From the NCBI GenBank assembly GCA_000182565.2, contig KQ257455.1: a stretch of DNA of 64,000 nucleotides, one strand, 5' to 3'. The notes beneath the pieces are model-generated. The model did not search any database, had not been told where the DNA came from, and was given only the letters and a program-made list of their open reading frames with translations. The translations under genes were made by a program, and so were the position numbers. The DNA is from Spizellomyces punctatus DAOM BR117 (taxonomy: Eukaryota). Positions 30,092 through 40,990 of the stretch are shown here, piece by piece; the first letter of the stretch is position 1, and each line of letters starts with the position of its first letter.

Positions 30092-30849
30092 TTTAAAGGG
30101 GAAGATCAAAGGAACGCGTGAGCGATCGGGTGTGACTTTGGGGACAACGATGCCCCGAGGGAGAAATCAGGATTTTATAACCCTCATTACCCTCGGCAGG
30201 GTTTGCTTTTGAGATACGGCTAACCTTCTAATGACGTTGGATATTCGCAAAGTGCACGCCCCGCATCGTCGCCATTAGTTTGTCGCGGGTATTAGGAAAC
30301 AAGATCACCAGGGTTTGGCCGTTCTTGCACAAATCTAAAGTAAAATGTCGTATTCAAGTTTATCTGCAGCTGAGCGAAAGCATCGCACAATTCGTAAAAT
30401 GGTAAACGTCCCAAAGGCCACTATCTCTATGCAGGCAGCACACATAGCGACAGGTCTTGTTTTGGTAACCAAAGACTGTAAAACGAACCATAGGGGTGAT
30501 CTGTCTGCCTCTTAATGTGTACAAGAGTGACAATGTATAGTGAGCATAGGCATATCTGGAATTGATGTGATGGAGGTCGTCATGGCAGTGCCGGTGCCAG
30601 GCCATTGACTAGAGTTTATATATTCCAAGTTACTTACACGACGACATTTGAAGTGTGACTCGCCAACAGATGCCTGATGGACGTCAATTAACATCTAGGT
30701 TATGGCCATTCATTTGTTCACAGAAGTAGACCAACTGAGGAAAAACAAAACGCACCAATTATCATGCAAAGAGAGAGCCGATGCCGGCTGTACAATATTG
30801 GTTTTTAATATGCTACATGCAAAAGTCTGAAGGTATCGGCAAGCCTTCC

Positions 30850-32063
30850 CTATACATAAATGCGATTCGCTTGACCAGCCGTACTTTCAGTCGGACAATA
30901 AGGGCACTTGAACCTTGTGTTCTGACTTCCCTTACCCAACCTATCCAAGCAACACTTGCAAATAACATGTCCACAAGCCATCATCATTGGTGGATTCTCT
31001 TCGGTGCTCTGCTCTTTACTGACAGGGCAGGCAAATACGGAATGGTACCTCTGAGAACTGAGTAAAGGAATCTCAACGGGTAGCTCGCCAGCTTGAGACC
31101 ACTCAAGTCCGGATTTGTCTTTCATAATCGAAGACATTTTTATGATGGTGGGAAGAGCGAGCGTGCCAACCATGACGGAAACATAGAGGGGAGAGTCAGA
31201 CGAAAGACCGAGAAGTTGACAAAAGTCTCGGGTGAAGCGGTGTTGAATGTCGATCCAGGCATGAGGATCGAGAAGGTCGGCGTAGGGAGAGTCGGAGAGG
31301 CGATTGGAGTAGAGGAACGAGCACATCAGGCGCTGTATTTCTGGAGAGTGAAAAGATGTTGATGCGCTGATTAACATTGAACACTGTTCCACATTGTTGT
31401 ACCTTTCATTTGCGACACAGCAAACCTTCCAAAGTTTGCTTTGGCATAATTCAAAGCGGTCTCAGGCTGCCCATTTGTCAAGAACTGCATAAATTGCAAC
31501 TTGAGGAGCTGGAACTCCAGCCCTGAAGACTTTCTTTGTAGCTCTTCACGATGTGTAGCAGCCCATCGTATGGCCGGGTCCAATTGTCCTGCACGCATTG
31601 CTTCCAGTATCTGGTACATTTCGGCAAACTGTTCTTTCAGGTGCTCGGGAACATTCATCTCGGCTTCCTGTATAAAAGTCTCTGCGAGATTGAATCGCCC
31701 TTCCCGAATGAAATGCATCGCAATTGTCCTGTTCATGACCTCCTCCTTCCCATCAAACGCTCTCGGATCCCATATGTTGTTCAAATCCGTTTTAAAGGAT
31801 CCTCGGAGGGTCTTATCATGGCGCATTGCCAACCGCCGAACGTCTTCCTGCTGTGACGACAATGACTTTGAGGTAGCAGCTGCTTTCTGTTTCAAAAGGG
31901 CCATGGTTGAACTGAGGGATGTTGGGTCAGACTGGATGGCTGTAGCGGCTTCTGTGAAGGCGTTTACGAGGGTTTGGAGAATAGTGTCGACTTCGGTAAT
32001 GGACGCATGTTGCTTTTGGGATACTTTTTCAAAGTCCGCGCCAATGCTTTCCAGAGTATCCAT
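30850..32063 (-). CDS. RMD5: GID/CTLH complex RING subunit Rmd5/Gid2
   Basis: LisH ([17 protein letters not shown]), CTLH (AIRWA, LEFQL), and [28 protein letters not shown]...FKCPYCP. Confidence 0.93.
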
Positions 32064-32230
32064 TCTTGGGTGATGGCCGTCTCAGCCTGTCGGAGGGGAT
32101 GCTAATGGTGGTCCTGCTCTTCTTTTTCTTGCAAACCAAAAGCGTAAATTACACCTCAATCTGCACGTTTGTCAATCTCGTCTCGACCTTAAAGTTGTTA
32201 ACCTTCTTGATGGGTCACGAACGCGTCTTT

Positions 32231-32248
32231 GGGGGGGGGGGGGGGGGG
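32231..32248. repeat. Poly-G homopolymer (18 nt) in a divergent promoter
   Basis: Directly visible run of G. Confidence 0.9.
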
Positions 32249-32326
32249 AGCAAGATAACGTCAGATTTTGGGACTGTTCTGCCAACTCATTTTGAACGCA
32301 TTTTGGAGAAACAGCGAAAAACGCAA

Positions 32327-32776
32327 ATGGCTTTAGAGCTTCCACAAGAGTTTGCACTGCAGGGACATACTGGCGCTTTCGTTTCCAACAGCGGCAAGAG
32401 CCATACAGCTCAAATGTCCGAGTCGCGTTGTTCCTTGACGTCAAGAGCAACACATGAAGGCGTGCCCCTTCTCTATGCAGTCGACTCGGATACTCCTCTC
32501 ATTTTTGAGGACGAAAATCTCAAGTACGTTGCCGAATTGCATGATTTGGGAAACGGGAAAGTGTGGTGTTTGAAGGCAAGAAAGGTCCGTTCGGGGCAAA
32601 AGGATCACGTTCTGAAAGGCGGAGACGACACAGGTTCGTTCATTGGCTACGAACTGGAAGAAAACCTGCGTGTACGAGACAAGTGTGAAGCCATGGAGGT
32701 AAGATCTCTATGGATGGACAGGACCCTAATTGATTGTTGACCCTTTTTCTAGTCGTTTAAGCTGGTAAAGGTCTGA
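32327..32776 (+). CDS. Small hypothetical protein, possibly fascin/hisactophilin-like beta-trefoil
   Basis: ATG in caaATG context. A clean GTAAGA...CTAAT...TTTTTCTAG intron (32699-32752) joins to SFKLVKV-stop. Motifs FALQGHTGAFVS, DLGNGKVWCLKA, RDKCEAMESFKLV. Confidence 0.5.
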
Positions 32777-33590
32777 TCGTCCCTCATATCGACCCGGAGC
32801 GTTAGCAATATAGGGTCATTCTTGTCTGTACGACACTGTGGTGGGACCATTGGCCCTTGTTAGGATTGAGAATGTAGATTAGAAGCACCCGGGCAGAGCT
32901 TTGGCACAAAAGAGATACCATCGATAGTAAATAGTATTTCATTCATTTGGTAAATCAGTTGCATCGAGACTGCCGGTTCTTTACAAATAACAATGTGGAG
33001 AAACTTGAAGAGACAGAGCAACCGTAACCCTTTTGTACTTGGCCGACACGGTTTCCTTTCAGTATGGATTTGCCAACGTTCGTTCAGGGCGAATGCGGTC
33101 CTCATCTTGCAGCAAGGCGTGTGTCGCAGTTGGAGAGGAGACTTGACGGGCTAACCATCAGAATCCGACTTGCTAGTGATAGCGTCGTTGAAATGCATGT
33201 AGATTGGCTGAGACGTTTAAAGCTAGCAAGAAGCTTTCCTCGTTAGAATTGAAGATGCCATTGTTTCAATGTCTCAAATATATGTTCATGTTAAAACGGG
33301 CAAAGAATATAGATAGCGTAGCGTTCTTTCGGATACAGTAAAATATCGTTTGAAAGATCAACAGTAGAGTTGAATGCACTCTGAACGTTCTCGAGAAATA
33401 TCTGGTCAGCTTCTACCGTTTGACGAACCTTGATGTGCGTTGAAGGCAAGTCGCTCAAATTGATGACTAAGCATGAATTCTTTTTACCACGTGACATGCT
33501 GTTCTCGTTGCGAAACTCATCGTCCTCGAGCTGCACATTCGCAAAAGAGCCATTACCATCCAGCCGACCTTGTACTATCACGAGAGCATA

Positions 33591-34587
33591 ATGCCCCACC
33601 ACAAGTCTTCCTACACAGCCCGTGCGGCGTCATTTAAAAATCCAACTGCAAGCCGCCTTCTCAAACTCATGGACGAAAAACAGACCAACTTGTCCATTGC
33701 CGCAGACGTCACGACGAAAGCTGAATTATTAAAGTTGGCAGACGTTTTGGGACCGTACATTTGTGTGTTCAAGGTATATACACACATACATACATTTGTG
33801 ATGCTTTATGAAGATGGGATACGGGAGCCCGACTGGGTTTTTCTTGGTTGGCCATACTGACACCTATACTACTGTAGACGCACATTGATATTGTGACGGA
33901 CTTTGATCAAGATCTGATCAAGCAACTTGAAGCACTCGCTCAAAAGCACAATTTCCTCATCTTTGAAGACCGAAAGTTTGCCGATATTGGTATGTTGTCT
34001 ATGAAAGATCTTTTAGAACACACATAGACGCTTGATGTCAACATTTGTCCCTGTTTGCTCACCTCTCAGGCAACACTGTCAAACACCAATATTCGCAGGG
34101 AGTCTATCACATTGCTTCATGGTCTGATATTACAAACGCCCATCCACTTCCCGGAGAAGGCATCATCAAGGGGTTAAAGGAAGTCGGCCTGCCACTGTCG
34201 CGGGGATTGTTGCTTCTTGCTGAAATGTCGTCAGCGGGGTCCTTGGCCAAAGGTGCCTACTCTGAAGAAGCTGTCCGCATGGCGCGAAGGAATAGAGATT
34301 TCGTAATTGGATTCATTGGACAAAGACGATTGTCCGTTCCCTTGGACGCTGGGCAAGAGCAAGAGGACGATTTCCTCTACTTGACTCCAGGTGTCTCCAT
34401 GGCGCAACCCGGAGACTCATTGGGACAGCAATACAGAAGTCCGGAACAAGTCATCTTGGAGAGCGAATGCGACGTCATTATCGTTGGAAGAGGTATCTAC
34501 GGAGCTGCAGATCCCGTCGCAAAAGCAACAGAATACAGAGAGGCCGGTTGGGCTGCCTACCAAAAGCGTTTAGGGGTATCACAATAA
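33591..34587 (+). CDS. URA3: Orotidine-5'-phosphate decarboxylase
   Basis: [49 protein letters not shown]. Confidence 0.97.
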
Positions 34588-34664
34588 TATTAAAACGACT
34601 GCTATACATATTTCCCACCCATTAGAATATACATTTCCCCACTGCAATATAATATCCATTTCCG

Positions 34665-34710
34665 ATAAACCCCACACCGTTGATAATAAACCCCACACCG
34701 TTCATAATAA
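34665..34710. repeat. 21-bp tandem duplication between converging 3' ends
   Basis: ataaaccccacaccgtt(g/c)ata twice, plus ataa. Confidence 0.85.
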
Positions 34711-34780
34711 GCGCCATGTCCGTCAACCTCAAAACTCAAACTTTCAAAACCCTCGCTCATAATTTACCTACATCATACCC

Positions 34781-36026
34781 TCAGTAAGGACTCTGATAGG
34801 AATACTTCTTTGGGCTGCGCGGACTGTAAGGTTGCGCATTAGGTGCAACATTCTCACTGTTCTCATAATACCGCCTCTGCTGACCAACCCAAGCCTGTAC
34901 GGGGTCCTGACGCTCATAATTTGAAGGCTCACCCTGCCTTGATAAAGAATAAAGGCTTGTAGAAGGAGAAGAAGTATGATAGAGAGCCACCTTTGGGCTG
35001 CTCTTAAAAGTTACTCGACGTGGAGTAACAAGCGCGGGTTCGGTGTCTCCCCGCGTCTCAATGTCGAATTTCCGCTGAGGAGGGAAATTCTCCAACTTTG
35101 ACATGTCTTGTGTGTATTCATGCAGGACTTGTCCAGCTATAATTCGGTTGTCCTTTATATGTCTGTCATACGTGTCCACCAGGAAATGTTGCTAGAGGGA
35201 CGTTTGCGCATCAGTTCTTTGCACTATTCAATTCAAATATATAGATTGTACTTACGAAGACTGCGCAGAGAAAAACTACGGGTATGGTACTTCTCCAGGT
35301 TTCGAACGTGATATTATATAAAATCGCCAATTGCATCGGCGAACACGAACTGATATAGATCGCAACATCGTCATCACAGCAGAGAAGCACATTATTACAA
35401 CTTGAACATACCAGAAGAGACTGATTCCAAAATCGGTCGGGTCCCAGACCGTTAATTGCCACACGCGCCTGAGGTTTTCAGGCGAGGGAACTGCTACTGG
35501 CTTCTTCCAAAATAGGATCCTACCAGAGACTAATTTAGCGCAGAAACGATAATGATGGAAGCATCAGAGAGATACATACTTGTCCTTCCAAGTACGAGTT
35601 GGTTGCTCATGGGGGGCTTGTTCATCTTCATAGTCGGCAAACACCGCACCGGTAACGTCGACAGAGACAATCTTGGCGTTCGGCGAACCGATGAGGTTAA
35701 GGGAACCAGTAGGCGCCCGGAAAAGGAGGAGTTTCTTGGACCGGCGAAACGTACAAACAGTGTTGAGCATGCAAAGAGCCATAATGGCAAACTCGGCCAC
35801 GGATACCTGAAGGCGGATGATGAACGATGTTAGGAGGCGCTTGCCAGCATCAGCACAGAGACAGCACAATGGAACGCGTACTTACTTTGGTATCAGTGGA
35901 AGTAGGCGCGCGGTATTTCTCGTAAGGATCATTCCTAACATCGTCCTGATAGAGCTTGAGCCCAGCGAACACAACGTTGAAAAGAAGCGCACAAAGAAAG
36001 GCCTGAGGAGAAACCAAGAACGGCAT
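34781..36026 (-). CDS. NUR1: Nuclear rim protein Nur1/Mug154 family (DUF2418), multi-exon
   Basis: LNTVCTFRRSKKLLLF...SPNAKIV, VWQLTVWDP..FGISLFC, SPMQLAIL, KDNRIIAGQVLHEY and several TM segments. Confidence 0.7.
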
Positions 36027-36128
36027 TGTAAAGTAGGTTGTAGTTAAAGGTTGGTAAAGGGTGTTGGTAGGTGATGTTATTGGTAGATGAAGGTTGGGAT
36101 CAAGGAGTGATCAGTAAAGAAAAAAGGA

Positions 36129-36141
36129 GGGGGGGGGGGGG
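36129..36141. repeat. Poly-G homopolymer (13 nt) in a divergent promoter
   Basis: Directly visible run of G. Confidence 0.85.
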
Positions 36142-36258
36142 TCGGAACGAACGCGAATTTATAGCGCAGCAATGTCCAGATCATGTGACCATCATTAATT
36201 TTGAATTTGTTTTGTCCGAAATTTTAGTTTTCCAACAAACGTTCAACCATTTGAACAA

Positions 36259-37536
36259 ATGTCAAAGGACGCACCACCACCAACAGAGCCGCAACATGAC
36301 CCAACAGCACTCTTGACGCAAGCCAACAAGGCTCTCGATGACTGCCACCCTGACCTTGCTCGGAAGTTTCTCCTCCGTGCCTTGGAACTCCAACCCAACA
36401 ATGTGGACATACTCGAGAGTCTCGGGGTGGCAGAAATGGAGGACATGACAGCAGCAGGCGAAGAAGGGGAAGAGGACCGTGTGGGGGAATGCGCAAGGCG
36501 TGCCAGAGAATACTTCTTGCGCGCTGCTGAGCTCAGTCCTGGTCAAGGGTATGCAAAATATCTCTATTTGGGGCAGTTGAGTGAAGGGAAGGAATCGTTA
36601 GAGTTTTACGAGAATGGAGTGGAGGCTTTGGAAAAGGCACTTGCTGAAGTAGCTGGAAACAAAGAGGAGGTGAGGTGAAAAGGTCGGTGACGATCTTACG
36701 AGCTGGGCTTGACAATGGTTATGATCTTAAACAGGAAGCGATTATACGAAGGAGGCTTTCAGAAGCACTATGTTCGATGGCAGAGATCTACATGACAGAT
36801 TGCTGGTAAGGCCCATTTTTCCATTCGTAGCACTCTGTATGAATGCGTTCGCATTCCTAACGAGTCTCCCAGCGACGAACCAGAAGCCGAAGCATCCTGC
36901 GAAACATTCTCCTCCAAAGCCATCTCCTATGATCCCACCAATCCCGAAGCCCATCAAACCCTCGCTTCCGTTCGAATGTCCCAATGCCGTCCCGACGATG
37001 CCCGCAAAGCAATAGAAACTAGTATGGATATATGGATCAACAGTGCCGCCCCTGGTGACAAAGACTGGCCTGTCTATCCCGCTCGGATCGCCTTGGTCAA
37101 GGTATTATTGGAATTGTCGCTACATGAGCGTGCCTTGACAGTACTACAGACGATTCAAAACGAAAATGACGAGGATCCTGAAGGGTGGTATTTGTATGGT
37201 TGGTGTTACTATCGAATGGGGGGTGGTGGAGAAGAGGATGAAAAGGTCGTTGATCTTGCTGAGAAGGCAGAGTGCTGGGACAGTGCGAGGGAATGCTTTG
37301 AAACTGTTCTTCAGGTGAGATTGTATTGCAACCGGTTCCTAGATCTATGATTATGCTAATCGTTACGATTGTTGGACAATCAGCTCCATGAACGATATGG
37401 CGGCGCGGAAGAAGAGATGGTGGAGCATACTTCACAGTTGTTGGAGCAAATATTACAATTTTTGGCAGTACATGGCGTGGACAATGCAAATTCAATGCAA
37501 GTTGAAGACGAAGGCGACGAAGCAATGGAACTGTAA
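36259..37536 (+). CDS. ACL4: TPR protein, assembly chaperone of Rpl4
   Basis: TPR repeats, KYLYLGQLSEG, ALCSMAEIYMTDC, PEAHQTLASVRMSQ, RIALVKVLLE, EGWYLYGW and an acidic tail. Confidence 0.85.
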
Positions 37537-37675
37537 CTTAGGGCTGTTATGCCAATTCATTCTCACGGGCACACACAGCATATGCGCTTATTAGATGCAT
37601 TTAATATATGGACATTTCACATGCCGTGTTCAGATCTATGTAAAATTGTGTACAAATTGCAATGCCCGTCCATAC

Positions 37676-38128
37676 TCATGCCCGCTTTGTGCCTGCCTTT
37701 GCACTTTGGGGTTGTTCCGCCAACACCTGCGTCCCTGTTTCTGTCCTCTCGGGTTCACCGGGTTTGTCGCTTCCCTTCACCCGCTCCTCCTCCTCTTCAT
37801 CATCATCTTCATCGTCTATCTCTTCCCCATAAATCTCTGGGTGCTCCCTAAAGCATTTCTGCATTTCCCTGAAAGCCTCGATACAATCTACACCTTTTGG
37901 CTCCTCCTTTGAATATACAAAACAGGAAAAGGCAGCTTTGAAGGCTTCGCCGCATGGTGGTTTTGTCATGTTTTCTAGACAAGGGCAGTCCCAATTTATC
38001 TCGCCAGTTTCTGGGTCATACGCTTCTTCTTGGGCATCGGCAGGGTTCGTCGTGGGGTTAGGTTCCTGCGATGGTGCGGGAGAGGAATCTGAGGGAGGAG
38101 GGGTGGATGATCGTTGTGTGCTAGACAT
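37676..38128 (-). CDS. MIA40: Mitochondrial IMS oxidoreductase Mia40/CHCHD4, soluble type
   Basis: [10 protein letters not shown] plus twin CX9C ([33 protein letters not shown]). Confidence 0.95.
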   Translation of the reverse strand: MSSTQRSSTPPPSDSSPAPSQEPNPTTNPADAQEEAYDPETGEINWDCPCLENMTKPPCGEAFKAAFSCFVYSKEEPKGVDCIEAFREMQKCFREHPEIYGEEIDDEDDDEEEEERVKGSDKPGEPERTETGTQVLAEQPQSAKAGTKRA

Positions 38129-38226
38129 GTTGTTGTTGATGTGATGGCGAAATCCTTGTTGGAGATCTTTATTTTATTTCTTTTTGAACTATTTGTAATG
38201 ACCTTTCAATACTCTCCGATGTCCCC

Positions 38227-38240
38227 ATCGCCATGGCAAC
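38227..38240. promoter_or_regulatory. RFX X-box-like site (ATCGCCATGGCAAC)
   Basis: About 90 bp upstream of the HYLS1 ATG and about 100 bp from the MIA40 ATG. Confidence 0.5.
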
Positions 38241-38330
38241 ACGCGCAGCTTCTGATGAGTCATACAAGTCTTACGTTAGCTACCCAGACTTATCGTTTAC
38301 CTCGCTTGCAAACCACGATCTCGACACCCA

Positions 38331-39655
38331 ATGAACGGTGTCCACGCCTCCACATTTGCTACGGCTTACCTGGACTCACTCGACATTCCCGATGCAACGC
38401 CTCTCAGCAACTGGTCATGTTCCTTATCCCCCACCGACGACTCGACGCGTCACGCCGTCGACACAAGTCATGATCTCCATATTAGCAAAGACGATGTACG
38501 CGCCCAACTTGTCACTATGGGATACGAGCCCGATGCACTGCCGGATAAAATGTTGGACGAATTCATAGAGGAGCTGAAGAGGGCTTATCGGACAGAGTTG
38601 GGTGAGTTTTTGGAAGAGGACGACGAGGACGACGAGGATAAGGACAGTCTCAGTACGGAACCGGACGAAACAAGTCGTTTGGAGAGACCTTACTATCCGT
38701 ACGTGCGACCGGTGGATGACAAGAAAGGATATTGGAATGAGAAGGCTTCATTACAGAAAGTTTCAAGATCACCCTCTCCCCAAAAAACGCCTGAACGCAA
38801 AGTGCGTGAAGCGCAGACCACCACACCCCAACGCCAAATACAACGCCACGATAAACCTTCTGACGAATCCACTGAATACGACACCACACAAACGACTTGT
38901 AGCCCAGCAACACACCAAATGAACGTGATAGAGCGACTGGCGGCTTTGGATCTGTCTAATGTCAGACGAACCGTTTCGCATCAGCGGCAAAAGGAGAAAA
39001 GTGATACACGGCATGCGCCAGGAGAGGAAGAGGCTGTGGATGACGACTTAGAAGATGAAATTGTACGTGCTTGCATCAGTAAAAGTATTTTAATGAAATG
39101 CCAATCGTGTGTCCAATGAGCAGAGTGACGATCTCTATGATTCCGAGGAATATGCGTTACGAGATTCAACGAATTTCTCGTCTTTTGAAAGTGAATACTA
39201 CGAGCGACCGCGTTACCGCACCGGATGTAAGCCCTAGCAGTCCTACTGATTAAAAAAAGTGTAGGCACTCATTCTTGTAACAGTTATTCGCGCTCAACCC
39301 CAACAGCGACCTCGCAAACACGATCCAGTCTCCCGCTTTCACCAACATCAAGCCGAATGGCAACGGGATGTGTTTCTAAGACGATTAGGGAATCCTGGAG
39401 CTCAGAGGCCTGTGGCTGTTGTCGGTAGTACTAAAGTGTCTAGACCCATGAGTGGGGGATTGGCATCCCAACGACCTCGACATAATCTGGCGGCGTTGCG
39501 ACCTACATATGGTAAGGCGGAGCGTTTCAGTTCCGATTTTTCACTGATTGTCTAAAGTTACGTATCTTCTCTTAGTTGTACCTACCACAAAAAAGAGAAG
39601 TGATGTAGTATGGGATGTGAGGAATCGACTGGCGCTTAAAAGTCAGACTCTATAG
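38331..39655 (+). CDS. HYLS1: Centriolar/basal-body protein HYLS1 homolog, 4 exons
   Basis: N-terminal ISKDDVRAQLVTMGY...LDEFIEEL, then GFIR...RKHDPVSRFHQHQAEW and C-terminal YVVPTTKKRSDVVWDVRNRLA (HYLS-1 box). Confidence 0.75.
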
Positions 39656-39757
39656 TGTGAGCGCCGGAGCGATCTCATGTATATATGATAATGTACGGGT
39701 TGGATGATATTGCTACATGCATTATATAGAGAGGTACTTGATTTTTGAGGCACACTA

Positions 39758-40769
39758 TTACTGCTCCAAGAGCCCACTCTGTGCCAAAGAGTCCACAAAC
39801 TCAACGTTCCCAAGTTTTTTCAAGTCTTGCAATCCTTCTTCAGGATCGTGATCTTCCTCCGTCTCACTTCCCACTTCAGATGCTGTGGCATCCTTCCAGT
39901 CCAGCGAATTGAACGTCGGTGTCCGTATCAATCCAAGTCCACCACTAGTTGATGACGTCCTTCTGCTTGATTTCCCAGATCCCGGTGATCCATTCCCGTG
40001 ATTACCTCCAATGACTCCAGGAGCACTCGCCACCCTTCCGTTCATGCCAGGTGCCACCCCATTACCCTTTCTCTGCACTCTCCTCTGAACCCGAATAATC
40101 CTACCTACAAACGGCGCCAGCCTTTTTATAACATCATCACAACTATCCACATGCACATGCGGCTCAATATGACGCACAATGTGAGCTTTTCCCTCTTCTG
40201 TCGAACAAAAGACCACACGCCGGGCATCGAGGCCTGCTGTGTATAATCCAGAGGAATGGAGTAACGTCCTCACTTGAGCTTCTTCTTGATCGGACGTGAC
40301 GACCATGATGAGATGGACTTGATTGGAAGGGTTGGAGACGAGGGAATGGAGGAATGGAAGTGCGGATTCGCGGAAAGCGTGGTTCGGGGTTGTTGGATCT
40401 GGTGATGGGTTCCAGACAACAATCTGTTGGAGCGATCGTTCACCCTGGTGAGCAAATGGAAAAACGGGAGACACCCACACACAGACACACAATACACACG
40501 TTTTTCATAGAAATGGTCATGACTCGTCTCCCTTTCAAGATTCTCTTGGCGACATCGACCACCGTCGTTGATCCTCGTCGAGACGCTGAACGTGAAGACG
40601 CTCTGGAATCGCCAGAGGTGACTCCGTTCGGAGGTTGCGAGTCGGTGTCTGCCTGCTTTGCTCTTCGGGACGACCAAAAGTAGTATGCACTGCCCAACAG
40701 TGTTGCAAAGGCAACGAGAGCTCCTGCTCGTGCCCAGAGTGTGGAACGGCGTGATGTGCGTACAGACAT
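39758..40769 (-). CDS. PEX22: Peroxin Pex22-like protein (plant-type)
   Basis: Basic N-terminus plus a single TM, then DQEEAQVRTLL..SGL...RVVFCSTEEGKAHIVRHIEPHVHVD...RLAPFV. Confidence 0.7.
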
Positions 40770-40990
40770 GATGAAAAAAAGAAAGGTCAATGGCTCAACG
40801 ACATGCGCAATCTTCCCCCCTCCAAAAATCAAATACAAGATGAAATCATCGTGTGATCCTTTTTGCACGAGCTGGTTGTGGATATAACATCAGGGTAGTC
40901 ACATGACAGATGCACATCCCTTTGTGAATAAAAACAAATGCAATTCTTGGTATTTTTACATGACGGATTTCTTTTTTACATATTGAAAAT

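Noticed and set aside
30360-30700. Short His/Cys-containing ORFs between the START gene and RMD5
   Set aside because: No coherent exon structure or domain, so treated as intergenic.
32860-33602. Possible minus-strand gene upstream of URA3
   Set aside because: The short ORFs do not join through convincing splice sites, show no motifs, and overlap URA3 promoter elements.
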